Assembly: GCF_006345805.1 (NCBI RefSeq)
Contig: NC_043010.1
Location: forward strand, 2,728,001 to 2,792,000
Direction: 5' to 3'
From: Octopus sinensis
Taxonomy: Eukaryota
Length of the DNA stretch: 64,000 nucleotides
The notes beneath the pieces were generated by a model. The model saw only the letters and a list, made by a program, of their open reading frames with translations, was not told the origin of the DNA and did not search any database. The translations under genes were made by a program, and so were the position numbers. This document shows, in pieces, positions 1-14,250 of the stretch. The first letter of the stretch is position 1, and every line of letters begins with the position of its first letter.

Positions 1-250
1 GGGGGTGATAATTAGGTTTTGATGATTGATTGGAGAAATTTTAATTGATTAAATTTGAGGACAATGTTATTGTTTAGAATTTATCCATGCTTGTAGAAGT
101 TTATAAACAAACCTGTAGGTGTTTCTCTTTTGTTAGGTAGGCCCAAGGTGTAACAGTATTTTCTTTGTCGCTTTTGGTATTATTGGATTTAATCTTTTTG
201 ATTTGACAATGTAAAGGTCAAAAGTACAATGTCCATTATCTAAGCCCTTG

Positions 251-460
251 AAAGAGAGGCGCTTTCTCCGTCTGGGCTGCGGATCCGTGGAATAAGTTGC
301 CGGACGAGATACTGAAGATGCCGACGACTACTCGGTTCAAAGTTTCCCTTGACCACAAGTGGCCTGAGTTCTTTACATGAACACCACCCTGTACATAACT
401 CCACGTCCCCCTACATGGCCTTGCTTTTTGCTTTTTGAGCCAAAAATTAACTAACTAACT
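251..460 (+). mobile_element. CR1-clade LINE 3' end, 5'-truncated
   Basis: Encodes ...DPWNKLPDEILKMPTTTRFKVSLDHKWPEFFT*, followed by a 3'UTR and (CTAA)n tail. Homologous to 49669-49888 and 60053-60423. Confidence 0.85.
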
Positions 461-900
461 TATTGGGTGTGTCAACTTTTTTTTCCACAAAAGAATATAG
501 GTAGAGGGTAAGTTTAGGCTGGTCATTTCTTTACTTGTTGTTGTTATTTAGGGTATTTCTTGTTTTCGTTTGTAAGGTTGAGGTTATTGGTCAGGCATAT
601 CAGGATTTTTTTTAGTATAGAAAATTGTGCTTTCAGGTTCACAAAAGTATTGGAGTAAAGGTTGTTTGTTTATATGTCTCTCTCTAGGTGTTCAATGTTC
701 TATAAGCAATTTGATTAGAATATAGGGATTTAAACCTTCCTGTTTTGTAGAGGTAGAGTTTGTTCGCTGCTTATTTATAATATTTCTTCAAATTCTATTC
801 TAGATATATGCTAAAGTGGGGCTGATATAGAAGTTGTGTATATATTCATATATAAAAGTTGAAAACAAAATATAATATAATTTAATTTTAAAAAAGAATC
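461..900 (-). pseudogene. Decayed ORF of an unassigned retroelement-like sequence, possibly continuing in 1-250 across the CR1 insertion
   Basis: One minus frame reads as amphipathic protein (IEFEEIL*ISSEQTLPLQNRKV*IPIF*SNCL*NIEHLERDI*) interrupted by TAA/TAG stops. No family motif recognised. Confidence 0.25.
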
Positions 901-1283
901 CTGCATTCTCAGACCCACACACCCAAAGGAGATTTTGACTCAACAGAGGCTGTATAAAGGCAAGATCAATTCTATTGCACCACAGTCCAACAATGGCTTA
1001 GCTGCTTGAAACGCTGAAGTCACTGTCAGCAACATTCTTGTTTCAGAATAATAAACTTGTACTCAACAAAATTATAGAGTAACCCATCAGATTAATGCAA
1101 AATTGTTTTTATTATAACTGAACATAAAAAGAAACATTAAATGTGTGTATATATATATATGAATATATGTATATATATATATATATATATATCACCACAA
1201 CCACAACCGCCACCACTACAATCACTACAACGAGCACTACCACCACCACAACCACTACTACCATCATCATAAACGCAACCACA

Positions 1284-1536
1284 GTGGCACGTGTAAAAAA
1301 GATTTGAATGAGGTCGTTGCCAGTTCCGCCTGACTCGCCCCCGTGCAGGTGGCACGTAAAAAGCACCCACTACACTCTCGGAGTGGTTGGCGTTAGGAAG
1401 GGCATCCAGCTGTAGAAACTCTGCCAGATCAAGACTGGAGCCTGGTGCAGCCATCTGGCTCGCCAGCCCTCAGTCAAAATCGTCCAACCCATGATGCTAG
1501 CATGGAAAGCGGACGTTAAACGATGATGATGATGAT
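1284..1536 (+). mobile_element. RTE-LINE 3'UTR copy, 5'-truncated, with (GAT)n tail
   Basis: GGTTGGCGTTAGGAAGGGCATCCAGCTGTAGAAAC...CATGGAAAGCGGACGTTAAACGATGATG matches the 3'UTR attached to the RTE ORF at 4191-5718. Further copies near 2440-2660(-), 18660-18850(-), 22080-22186(+), 25555-25830(-), 33640-33760(+), 46935-47060(+), 51160-51450(-), 60480-60710(+) and 62330-62505(+). Confidence 0.85.
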
Positions 1537-1588
1537 ATATATATACAAATATGTTCAAATATATACAAACACACACATATATATATAG

Positions 1589-1651
<63 letters not shown>

Positions 1652-1741
1652 TACATATATATATACACATATATACATGTATGAAATATGAGTATATACA
1701 CACACACATACACAAGTATGCATACTCACATGAACGCATGC

Positions 1742-1774
<33 letters not shown>

Positions 1775-2008
1775 TATACTTCTATATTGAGGAAGGTGTT
1801 TTATTTATGTTATGATAAACATGACACACACTGCCTGCACACACACACACACACTCAGCTCTCTTTACACTTCTAAAGAGAATCACTTATTAGTTCTTTC
1901 AAGTTTTCCAGTAAAAAAAAAAAAGAAAGAAAGAATAAAAATTCTCAGCTAGAAATAAGAGGTGTAATCTTTTAGAACAACAATCTGAAAAGTAACCATT
2001 TGTAACAG

Positions 2009-2055
2009 CAGCAAACAACAGCATAGAATATAATATCAATGACTGGAGAATTGTT
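2009..2055 (+). CDS. Candidate exon (x)ANNSIEYNINDWRIV of a possible plus-strand gene
   Basis: Acceptor catttgtaacag|CA (moderate), donor GTT|gtaagt (strong). Phase 1 to 0, open. Confidence 0.3.
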
Positions 2056-2752
2056 GTAAGTGAGGAATAAACTCTTTGAGAACTCTCATGTGAAAATATG
2101 AGAGCAGGAATCCAAAATGACTACAAATTTCTTGTGTTGATGAAACACACCAATTCCCATGATGGTCTCAATGTCTATTTCTTCCCAGTGGAATTATTTG
2201 CCAGTATTTCATATGGTGTCTAACATAATTTTTTTTTCATTTTTTTTGTTTCTTTTTTAATGTCTTCTGTTATTTAGGCATGATAAAAATTTTCTTAAGA
2301 ATGTCTCACTTCAAATCTAAAATGCCACATTCAATGAAACATAAATGAAGTGAAATTTAAGCCATTGGTTTATGATATGTGAAGAATCACCAAAGTTCCT
2401 TGTGTCGTCTGAACAGATTCATAGACATTTGCTTACATCACCATCATCATCATCATCATTTTAGCATTCACTTTTCCATGCCTTTATGGTATGGATGGAA
2501 TTTATTGAGGCAGATTTTCTACAGCTAGATGGCCTTCCTGTCACTAACCTTCACCCTGTGTGTCCAAGCAAGGTGATATTACCCAGTGGCTAGACATGCT
2601 TACTCAGAATATTGGAAATGAATGACAGTTTGTCTGGCAGTGATGCTCATTTACAACTTTTTCTCCATGTCAAGACAAGGAGACACAAATTTACACACAC
2701 TCACAGACTCACACACGCACACACACACACACACACTCACACATGTACACAT

Positions 2753-2794
<42 letters not shown>

Positions 2795-4029
2795 GCACAC
2801 ACACACACACCACACACAAAAGCACACACACACTCACAGACTTTCTCACACACACACACACATGACAGGCTTCTTTCAGTTTCCACCAAGCAAATCGACT
2901 CACAAGGCTTTGGTTGGTTGATCCAGGGTTATAATAGAACTCACTTGGCCAGGGTGCCACACAGTGGAACTGAACCCCAAACTATTTGTTTTAGAAGTAA
3001 GCTTCTTAATCACTCAACCACTCTTGCACTTACATATCAATTCAAATTCCAAAAACTAGCCAGAATTAAATAATCAAAATCAAAGTTACTATGTCTAATA
3101 GAAGGAGTTCTACAGAATTATGCACTGCTAGTTCTGTTCTCTTCAATGACTGAATTTGTCATGTTACAATTTATATGGCTTGGCTCAATTTTAATCCCTA
3201 TGCTTTTTTGTCTCTTTTAATCCATTCATCAGTTGGGTAAGGTTAGTAACCATGACCTCTTCTAGTGTTTGCAACACTGGAGAAAGACAGGTATCTTCAG
3301 ACCAGAGGTCTTCATTAAAGGTAACCGTATGATGATGATGTTGTCAAACTGGGAAATGACTTAAGTTTGCACCCAAATGATCAGTAAGATTCATAACATG
3401 TTTTCTTTTTTTATCTTTGACTAATATATGGTTCTAAAAATAGGTCTGTTAATGATCATGAACAACATTAAGGCCTGATAAAAGGGAATGATTTCTGATT
3501 TAAAAATTTGATGTCTTCTCTTAACGAACCTGATGGATTTATGGTTGTAAGCACTTTTTTGGTGGTGTAGCACATCATAGACTTAAAACGATCTGCTTGT
3601 GATTATTAACAACTTTACACAAATCAATGATTGATTGCAACTTCAAACTAGCTGTCACATAATCAGAAATGATAGACATTTTTCCAATAAACACGTTGGC
3701 ATTATTATTGATACTGAATATCTTTATGACACAATCTTACTGATCTCTCCCATGAATAAAAAATATATATTTGTTATTTATGTGAATAAAAATTGGTGTT
3801 AAATTATACAGACATCTAGCATGTCACCCAACATTTCAAACTAATGACTTCTCACTTATATAAATCTTTGCCAAGCATTTGAAACTCTGCTGTGGATAAG
3901 ATGGGTTTAATCATGAAAATTTGTACTATCACTTCTAAAACTGGGTGTCACTGCACAAGTGCTCTTGTGCCAAACTCCTGTCAGAATTTTACTGTGAACT
4001 GTGCTAAAAGTATTTTCAATAATACGTAT

Positions 4030-4190
4030 AGGAGTGGCTGTGCGGTAAGTAACTTGCTTATGAACCACATGGTTCTGGGTTCAGTTCCACTGCGCGGCAA
4101 CATGGGCAAATGTCTTCTGTTATAGCCTTGGGCTAACCAAAGCTTTGTGAGTGGATTTGGTAGATGGAATCTGAAAGAAGCCCATCGTAC
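4030..4190 (+). mobile_element. tRNA-derived SINE 5' half, truncated where the RTE fragment begins
   Basis: GGAGTGGCTGTGCGGTAAG...GGGTTCAGTTCCACTGCG head, same family as the full copy at 56574-57040. Confidence 0.8.
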
Positions 4191-5718
4191 AGTGAAGAAT
4201 TCCGGGTAGGTGTAGGGGTCTACCAAGGATCAGTTCTCAGTCCTCAGCCACCTCTTATTCATTATAGTCCTCCAGGCAATAGCAGAGGAATTCAAGACAG
4301 GATGCCCCTGGGAGCTTCTCTATGCTGATGACCTTGCTTTAATTGCTGAGTCCCTATCAGAACTAGAGAAGGTTCAGGTTCAGGAAGCAAGGATTAGAAT
4401 TGAAGGGCCTTAGAGTCAACCTAGCAAAAACCAAAGTCTTAATAAGTAGGAAGGCAGACAAACCACAAATCCCTTCAGGTAGATGGCCCTGCTCGATCTG
4501 TAGGAAAGGCGTAGGTAGAAACTCTAAAAGATGTACCCATTGTAAGCTTTGGACACATAAGAGGTGCAGCAATATCAAAGGAAGGCTAACTGCAAAGATA
4601 GTTTTTGTGTGTGGCCCAGGGGAAAATAAACACTGAAAATGTGCAGAGAACATTTTCCATCACATTCCAAGGGGAAAACTACAAGTAGTTGATAGTTTCC
4701 CTTACCTAGGGGACCAAGTCAGTAGCGGGGGTAAATGGTGTGAAAGTGTTGCTGCTAGAATAAGAATAGCCTGGGCAAAGTTCAGAGAGCACCTACCTCT
4801 GCTGGTGAAAAAGGGCCTCTTGCTCAGAGTAAAAGGTAGACTGAATGATGCATGTGTGCAAGCAGCCATGCTACAGGCGGAGGACATGCATAAGCTTGCA
4901 AGGAATGAAGCCAGTATGCTCTGCCATGTGTAATATCAGTGTGCATACACAACAGAGTGTAAGTGCCCCGAGAGAAAAGTTGGACTTAAGAAGCATCAGA
5001 TGTGGTGTGCAAGAGAGGCGACTGCACTGGTATGGTCATGTGTTGTGAATGGATGAGGACAGCTGTGTAAAAAAGCATCACACCCTAGCAGTTGAGAGAA
5101 CGTGTAGAAGAGATATACCCAGGGAGACCTGGGATGAGGTGGTGAAGCACAACCTTCGAACATTGGGTCTCACCAAGGCAATGACAAGTGACCGAGACCT
5201 TTGGAGATATGCTGTACTTGAGAAGACCCAGAAAGCCAAGTGAGACTGTAACTGTGGCCTATGCCAGTGCCATATAACCAGCCCATTTAAGAATACCTTT
5301 CAATCATAGGACAATAATCTACACTTGCAAAGTCCTGTTGAGGCAAGTGAAGTCATTGTTGTGGTTGATGACAGTACCACCTGATTGGCACCCATACCAG
5401 TGGAATGTTAAAAGCACCATTCGAGCATGATTGTTGCCAGGGCCACTGACTGGCTCCCATGCTGGTGGCATGTAAAAAGCACTATTTGTGTATGGTCGAT
5501 GCCAGTACTGCCTGACTGACCCCCATGCCAGTGGCATGTAAAAGCACCCTCTACACTCTCAGAGTAGTTGGCATTAGGAAGGGCATCAAGCTGTAGAAAC
5601 TTTGCCAGCTCAGATTGGAATCTGATGCAGCCTTCTGGCTTGCCAGCCCTCAGTCAAACCGTCCAACCCATGCCAGCATGGAAAGCAGACGTTAAACGCC
5701 GATAATGATGATGATGAT
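4191..5718 (+). mobile_element. RTE-clade LINE 3' portion: degenerate reverse transcriptase, C-terminus and 3'UTR
   Basis: GVYQGSVLSP, GCPWELLYADDLALIAE, GLRVNLAKTKV, GRWPCSICRKGVG, RRLHWYGHV motifs with frameshifts and stops. ORF ends at 5243, followed by the 3'UTR and (GAT)n tail. Confidence 0.92.
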
Positions 5719-5909
5719 GTATGAATGTATGTATGTATGTATGTATGTATGTATGTATGTATCTGTACATATATATATGTATATATAGATGTGTGTGTGT
5801 ATAGATATACACATGTATGTATGTATGTGTATATGTATGTGTGTGTGTATACAAGTATATATATATGTGTATATATATATATATATTATATATACACACA
5901 TATATATAC

Positions 5910-5978
<69 letters not shown>

Positions 5979-6244
5979 GTATTTATATGTAGGAAATTAG
6001 CTGATTCAGCTGCTCATCCATCTCTTTACTGCCAAGTAGAGTTTAACAAGCTGAATGTTCTCTGATAAAGATCTTGACTGGGCTGTTGTTAACTGCAACA
6101 GCAATCAGTCAAATAGTTTGGTTGTGATATTGATAATGACAACGGCTAGGATGATAATATTGATGAGGATGATGATGATGATAATGACAACGATGATACT
6201 ACTACTACTATACTACTACAACTACTACTACTACTACTACTACA

Positions 6245-6324
<80 letters not shown>

Positions 6325-6603
6325 TGATGATGATGATGGTAGTAATAATAATATCAGTAGTAATAATAATAATGATAATTATAATTGTCTACTATAATAA
6401 TACTCTTGTATTTTTCCCTGTCACAATATATGAATGAGAAAGGAAGGGGTGATAGATGAATATCAAAGGAAGGGGTGGTGAACAAACTAGTGGGATGGTG
6501 AACATTCAACGATGGTGAACATTCACACAAGTGTGTGTAAGTATGTGTGTGTGTATGTGTATGCATGTACAAGGGAAGTATGTGAATGTCTGTGAACATT
6601 GAT

Positions 6604-6703
6604 GAGTATATGGTGTAGTGGTTAAGAGCACAGACTACTAACCCCAAGATTCCGAGTTTGATTCCAGGCAATGACCAGAACATCAATAATAACAATAATA
6701 ATA

Positions 6704-6747
<44 letters not shown>

Positions 6748-6915
6748 TCAAAAATTACTTTAGGAATGAGAACCCACATTCGAAATTTCCCCAAGAGACC
6801 TGATGAAGGCTGGAGGGTATATCAGTCAAAACTTTTTGTTAGCAACAAACAATATGAGGACAAATATATGTAAATAATGTACATAATTCCTCATCTCTTA
6901 AATATAGAACTGTAT
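6604..6915 (+). mobile_element. tRNA-head SINE-like repeat with internal (AAT)n and a Penelope-like CCTGATGAAGGC...GAAAC tail
   Basis: A-box-like TGGTGTAGTGG and B-box-like GAGTTTGATTCC. Confidence 0.55.
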
Positions 6916-7250
6916 TGACAAGTGTATTATTTTGATTTACCATCCATATTTATATATGAAATACTACAATTAGCTGTCATTTTTAACGGCACTGAGCCAA
7001 CTGGTTATGCATAATGCTGATAATTGTTATGAAGATGATGTTGACATTAATGATGATGATGATGCATATTATCATTATATATGATACTAAAGATAGTGAT
7101 GAAGAGAAAGAAGCTAAGGGTGGCATTAATGTTGAGGAAATGTTTGGGGATGATGGTGATAGCCATAATGATGAACATGGCAGCATTTTGAATGAAATTT
7201 ATCACCAACCAATCTTAACTTATCGGTTATATGTGTGAGTGTGTACTTTG

Positions 7251-7288
<38 letters not shown>

Positions 7289-7381
7289 CTATATATATAT
7301 ATACACATATATAAATGAATATGTGGATATCTATATGTATATATAAATGTATATGCATATATATATACATATACATATATA

Positions 7382-7500
<119 letters not shown>

Positions 7501-7613
7501 ACATATATATATACACATATAAATACACGCACACATACATATATGTATGTATGCATGTATGTGTATGTAAGTATGTATGTATGTATGTATGTATATGTAT
7601 GTACTTACATGTT

Positions 7614-7885
7614 CAGATTAGATGAAGGAAATAGAGACGGATCAGACACACACTGTGGAAAGAAACCTCAAATGTGGGATGACAAGCATTTAACTGGAAC
7701 TCGTAGGGGAAAAGGAAGCGAGGACACCCAAAGCAGACATGGAAGAGGAGCATTTTGGACGAGCTCAGGACCACTGGCCTAACATGGGAAGCAACCAAGA
7801 AACACACTAATGACCGCAAAAAGTGGAAAACAACTGTTGAGGCCCTATGTTCCACAAGGGGCAAAAAGGTTTAAGAAGAAGAAGG
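7614..7885 (+). mobile_element. RTE-X/BovB-type LINE 3' end with (GAA)n tail
   Basis: Degenerate ...[29 protein letters not shown]...KWKTTVEALCSTRG, then TAAGAAGAAGAAG. Confidence 0.75.
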
Positions 7886-7888
7886 AGA

Positions 7889-7921
<33 letters not shown>

Positions 7922-7922
<1 letters not shown>

Positions 7923-8702
7923 TTGGTAGTCTCTAAGGAAGCTAGGATTGGAGGAGTGGTTTGTTAGAGCAGTTCAAGCCAAGTACAGCAATGCTATTAG
8001 TAAGGTGAGAGTTAACCTTGAATACAGGCATACAAGTTGGAGTACACCAAGGATCAGTTCTTATTCCACTCTTATTCATCATAGTTCTCCAGGCCATAAC
8101 ATATGAATTCAAAACTGGATACCCATGGGAACTACTGTATGCTGATGATATTGCTCTTATTGCAGACTCTGAAGTAGAAGTGGAAAAAAAGTTCCAGGTT
8201 TGGAAGCAAAACCTGGAATCAAAGGGCCTTAAAGTTAACTTAGCTAAACCTAAAATTGATGTTAACACAAAAGAAGATAAGACCCTCATTCCGGCTGGTA
8301 AATGGCCCTGTTCAGTATGTAGGAAAGGTGTGGGATGTAACTCCATTTGCTGCACCAAGTGTATGCTATGGAAGCAGAAGAGATGCAGTGGAGTTGTAGG
8401 AAGGTTATCAGATAAGGTCGCTTTTGTGTGTGGCTGATGTGCAGGAACAGTAAGTACTAAGAGCATGTGGGACTTAAACTCTCACAAATGCCCAGGAGGC
8501 TTTCTTGAGGTAGTATATATTTTCTGCTATTTAGGTGACCAAATTGATGGATGCTATTTAGGGGACTGGTGGTGGATGCTATTTAGGTGACTGGTGATGG
8601 ATGCTCTGAAAGCAGTGTTTCTAGAATAAGTATAGAGTGAAGGAAGTTCAGAGAACTATTACCTCTGTTGGCAGTGAAAAACCTTAAATCGAAGAGCAGA
8701 TT
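7922..8702 (+). mobile_element. RTE-clade LINE reverse transcriptase fragment
   Basis: ORF 8018-8437: VGVHQGSVLIPLLFIIVLQAITYEFKTGYPWELLYADDIALIA...GKWPCSVCRKGVG. Paralogous to 4191-5718. Confidence 0.9.
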
Positions 8703-9015
8703 CCTCGATTTTTATATTTTATGATTTATATTGAATACATTTATTTTGTTTATTTTGTTTATTGCATACTTAAGACCGTTATTTGAAAGTACCAATGAAG
8801 CAAATCCATTTTTAAAGGTGTATCCTTTAACTAGTTTTGATCAAATTGTTATTTCTGTTCTATTTTAACAAAACTGTCCGACGAACGGGAATGTGAAACT
8901 CTGAGTAACAGCTTTTGTTATATTTCTGTTGCTTTTAAATAAAATATATTACTCTACCTCTGGTATTTCAGTACTCTTTTTTCCACCTTGTTTCACATTT
9001 ATGTGCTTACTCCAG

Positions 9016-9064
<49 letters not shown>

Positions 9065-9219
9065 CATATTCAAGATGTGAATGCATATACTCACATGTAT
9101 GTATTCACAAAATGTGTGTATATATACATACATTACATGTTTACAAATACAGACAGAACAAGAGAAACAAAGATTTTGATGTTTTATTTAATCTTCTTTA
9201 TTTCAAATTTATATTACAG

Positions 9220-9285
9220 ATGACATGTCGATGGAACTTTCTGGATGGCATCACTTACAGGAAACAGAATGGCAGAGGAAATTGT
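9220..9285 (+). CDS. Candidate exon (D)DMSMELSGWHHLQETEWQRKL(C)
   Basis: Long pyrimidine tract tttaatcttctttatttcaaatttatattacag|AT. The donor TGT|gtatat is weak. 66 nt, phase 1 to 1. Confidence 0.35.
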
Positions 9286-9769
9286 GTATATTTGTGTCAC
9301 TGCGTGCATATGTATGCATATATACACACATATATGTGTGTATATATACACACATGCACTTGTATATGCATGTAAATTTTAATGTATGAATGCATCAGTT
9401 TACAATTTGTTCTAGATCTGTATTATAAATTCATTGTTTGATATATATATACAAATGTATATCATTCAAGCAAAAACATATGTACATATATACATATAAA
9501 TACATAATCGAGTATGTATTTGATTAATTCTCATATTTGACATTTGCATATACACATGTATATACAGACACACATATACCTATTTATGTACAAACATATA
9601 CCCATAAATACAAAGATATGCAGACATTCGCATTTGCACACACATATACACATATACACACATGCAAATGGATATGCATGTATTTGATATGAAATACCTG
9701 CAAAAATAATATGAATAGTTTATATATACATATAAATATAAACTATTATATGCATATGTATATTATCTA

Positions 9770-9817
<48 letters not shown>

Positions 9818-10165
9818 AGTATGTATGTATGTATGTATGTATGTATGTATGTATGTATGTATATCTAAAGGGGAGAGAATGCAGTAAAGACAAACTTAAA
9901 ATATGCTTAATTCTATAAGTTTATATAGAAAGGGCTTTGATTATGTCATAATTGAGTCTTCTTTGCAGTTTTGTGAGACTCAGCATGGATGTATAAAAAT
10001 AGTTTTAAAAATGATAACTGTCTTAGTTGGAAAGAACAACTGTCCTCTAACAGTTAACAAGATTAAGGATTGAAATAATCTGTTTTTCAGGTAAAACATG
10101 GTCCTAGCCAGAGGATGCATATACATACATACATATATGCATACACACACGTTTATATATATATA

Positions 10166-10243
<78 letters not shown>

Positions 10244-10264
10244 CATATATATATATACATACAT

Positions 10265-10296
<32 letters not shown>

Positions 10297-10600
10297 TATT
10301 GTTATTATTATTACTATTACTGTTATAAATTAAACTGTCTGATTCAGTCCTGTGCAAATTTCTTAGGCTTGTTGCAGGAACCTAGCTTGTCAGGCTCAGG
10401 TGGTCAAATGCCAGAGAGGCATATTTTTGTGATGAGCATATGAAATTTGCATGGGCTGAATCAAACTGTTTTAAATAATGATATATGTAATTCTTACTAA
10501 ATGTGTGAGAGCCACTTTCTTTCATCTGTTTGTCCACTCACTCCTATGTATATATGTATGTACAATTCGTATCTAATATATATACATATACACATTTTAC

Positions 10601-10670
<70 letters not shown>

Positions 10671-10697
10671 CATGTAAATATGTATGAATTCATGCAG

Positions 10698-10725
10698 GCA
10701 CCAGCCCTGATATCACAGACACTGG
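10698..10725 (+). CDS. Candidate exon (C)TSPDITDT(G)
   Basis: gaattcatgcag|GC ... TGG|gtatgt. 28 nt, phase 1 to 2, bridging 9220-9285 and 11837-11966. Confidence 0.3.
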
Positions 10726-11317
10726 GTATGTTACTTCTCTGACATTACAAAAGATTGTCACCTATGTGTGGTCAGCAGTTATTGATTGTTACAAGTATAC
10801 CAAATACAATAAATTAAATTGTTTGTCCAATCAGTTTTTTATTTTGTTCTTGTTTTGTTTTTTTCCATGGATTCTTTTTCCCCCCAAAAAAATTGTTTCT
10901 ACCATAATTTTTGTCATTTTCTCTTATTACTGTTTTTGTAAATTGCTGAAAAGCTTCTTTGGATGCAATATTTTCACACATTTTGTTATGGTAGTCTTGT
11001 CTTCTCATTTCAGTTTCAGACATTGGAATAGAAAAAAAAAAAAGTATGAAGTAATTTTATTCACTGTATTATTCACTGTGAGGTTAAAAATGATAATGAA
11101 AATTAAATGTAATAGAGGGCCAGAAATTTTAAAGAAGGATTTAATCAATTTAATTGAAATTTTGAATTTGACCAGAGGTTTCATTATTTCACCGATCATG
11201 GAGGAATGTAAGATGAAGTCGTCTGCAATAAGGTTTGAACTCAGAACATAAAGGGACATAACTAAAATACAACAAAACATTTGCTTAGTATTGTACTGAT
11301 CCTACCACTTACTAAAC

Positions 11318-11352
<35 letters not shown>

Positions 11353-11836
11353 CCTTTCTACTATAGGCACAAGGCCTGAAATTTGGGGGGAGGGGGATAG
11401 TCAATTACATTGACCCCAGTGTTTCACTGTTACTTAATTTATTGACTCCAAAAGGATGAAAGGCTAAGTCAGCCTTGGTGGAATTCGAATTCTGATTGTA
11501 AGGATGGATGAAATGTCGTTAAGCATTTTGCCCAGCATGCTAACAATAATAATAATAATAATAATAATATAATAATAATAATAATATAATAATAATAATA
11601 ATGATAATAACAACAACAGCAACAACAGCAATAATAATAATAATAATTTTTTCAATAATAATTATTATCATATATCCAAGTAAGAAGTTATTGGCAAGTA
11701 TAATAAGTAGGGTCCTGTTCAAGCACCAAACACAGTTCTTTTATTTATCAAAGCACCTTTATGTCATTTTAGATTTGTTGTTGGGGAGTTACATGAGTCA
11801 CATCTCCAGCAATAACATTTATTACTTCATCCTCAG

Positions 11837-11966
11837 GAAATATATTGTAGAGGAAATTGCGAGTGAGATACGTCAAGTGTCTCAAATAGCCAACCAAACT
11901 ATGCCACACCACATCACCCGATCGATGAGACATGATTTAGGATATAAAAACCGTATCAGATCATAA
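11837..11966 (+). CDS. Candidate terminal exon (G)KYIVEEIASEIRQVSQIANQTMPHHITRSMRHDLGYKNRIRS*
   Basis: Acceptor ttattacttcatcctcag|G. Phase-2 start, open to TAA at 11966, with AATAAA downstream at 12093-12098. Confidence 0.45.
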
Positions 11967-12374
11967 TATCCTATCTGTTTATCACTGCCTCTTTATTCTG
12001 CCTGTGATGTTGATTGGATCTGATTTTTGCAAATTTTGTGTTTGATGTAGCTATGAGATAGGATATGGCCAAAAAGCCACCATATGGATAATAATAAAAA
12101 GATTATGAACATTTCCTATCTTAGAATATGAAAATCCTTTTAGTTTATTACAGCTGATGTTATTTTTGCTGGCTACTTAGAAATAACCCTATTACTGTTT
12201 GTAAGCACTTACATATGAATCTCATTAACAGCCTTATATGATAATAAACTGGAGAATTCATTATATGTAGGACTAGGTTGTACTTGGTTCGGTTCAGTAT
12301 TGCAGGCTTTGCTATCTTGTATGGAAGTACAGTGAAGTAAGTCTCTCTGGATGTCACTCTCTTCAAGACTTAGG

Positions 12375-12584
12375 ACTCGTAGAGCCAGTTATTCAGTTTC
12401 CATGGTGTATAAGTAACTGAAATCACACCATTCTTTCAGGGTTACTCATTTACAGCTGAATGAACTGGAGCAAGGTGAAAATAAAGTGTTTTGCTCAAGA
12501 ACAAAATATACCACCCGGTCTTGGAATTGAAACCAAGATCTTATGATCAGGAGTGCAACTCCCCAACCATTAGGCCACATGCCT
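12375..12584 (-). mobile_element. Degenerate tRNA-derived SINE (second family)
   Basis: The reverse complement begins AGGCATGTGGCCTAATGGTT...GGTTTCAATTCC and has a TTCTTGAGCAAAACACTTTATTTTCAC core. Confidence 0.6.
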
Positions 12585-13850
12585 GATGATGAAGATACAA
12601 TCCAAAAATATAGTGACTGAGTATCTTTGTTATGTAATATCTCAGTCTGTGGAGGGAATATGGAAGAGAGAAGAGAGAATAAAATGTTTTTTGCCAGAAA
12701 ATTTTAATATATATAACCTCAGATCATCTAAATGTCAGCAACAAGGATTGATATGCTTTGTCCAATCCATAAGGAGATTTATCTTTCAATAACTAAGTGC
12801 CATGAAACTGGAGTTAATTGCATAGATCTTACAGGTTGTTTTGTGAATGTTAAAGGCAGGTTCTTCTCAGGGATGTGATTAATTTGTTAAGCAGTGTCCC
12901 CAACACACACTCGAGTGGGGATTTAGCAAAGTTCAATCTGTTGCAAGCATTCAAACCAGGTTCTAGTCAGAGAATAATTTCCTTCTCACCTGCCAATCCC
13001 ATATACCTTGAATAAGGTTATGGGTGCTGTTTTTATTCAGTTTTACTGATTGCATGTATGTAAGTGTGAGTGTATCTCTCTATGCATGTATATATACATG
13101 TCTGTATGTATGCATACAAATATATATATATATATATATATATTTATACCCAGGTATCGGTTATCATTTGAATTATCCATAATAAGATAATTCATTTATC
13201 TACTTCAATAATTATAATATATTATATATATATATATATTATATATATATATGTATGTGTGTGTGTGTGTATGTGTGTACATACATACACACATACATGC
13301 AGGCTTGCACACTCACACATTCAGGGAGACAATCATTTGCCCAAAACATCTTCCAGGTTTTTGGAATATAAATTTTTTATATTCAGCCTTAATTTTTGCC
13401 AAAGACATTTTTTATGTGTGATTTTGAGTATGTATATACTGATTGAAACCAAACAGAAAAGTAGATAGATAGACAAAGGGATAAGACAGAGGTGTGTGTC
13501 CTATATATGACTGAATAACTAAGAAGCTCATCAGACCCTAAGTTTAATTACACTGAGTTACATTTTGAGAAAGTGTTGTCACAAGTGTTCTAAATAAAAC
13601 AGGGTAGATGGAAATTGTGTTGAGGCCCATCACATAAACTACACCTGTAATTCAAAGAGGTGTCCTCTCAATTCTGCTTGAGGATCATGTTAAGTGTAGA
13701 AGTATCTGTGGAATATTCAGTCAGATACTTTATACTTCCAAGAGCAAGTAGTTTGGATGATGGAACAAGAGGAATATTCATTGTTTAAGCTGACAGAGGA
13801 GCCATGTTGCTTATTTTGAATAATTGCTTAATAACTTATATACATAATCA

Positions 13851-14035
13851 CAGGCATGACCGTATGGTAAGAAGCTTGTTTCCAACCACATTGTTCCGGG
13901 TTCAGTCCCACTGCATGGCACCTTGGGCAAGTGTCCTCTACTATAGTCTCAGGCAGACCAAAGCTTTGTGAGTGGATTGGAAGATGGAAACTGAAAGAAG
14001 CCCATCGTATATATGTATATGTATGTATATATATA

Positions 14036-14078
<43 letters not shown>

Positions 14079-14250
14079 ATACATATATATATGTCTGTGT
14101 GTCTCTGTTTGCCCCCCCCACCATCTCTTGACAACTGATGTTGGTGTGTTTATGACCCCGTAACTCAGTAGTTCGGCAAAAAGAGACCGATAGAATAACT
14201 ACTAGGATTACAAAGAATAAGTCCTGACTGAATAAAGTAAAAGAATCAAA
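13851..14250 (+). mobile_element. tRNA-derived SINE with internal (TA)n
   Basis: Head, (TA)n and tail as in 56574-57040. Other copies or fragments near 2870-3025(-), 34010-34380(-), 40680-41030(+), 54796-55345(+), 55370-55690(-), 56190-56572(+), 59205-59560(-), 60780-60940(-), 61140-61385(+), 61675-61835(+) and 62520-62735(-). Confidence 0.85.

Noticed and set aside
5380-5560. CRISPR-like repeat/spacer appearance in the RTE 3'UTR
   Set aside because: The 'spacers' are homologous to each other, the context is a eukaryotic LINE, and there are no cas genes.
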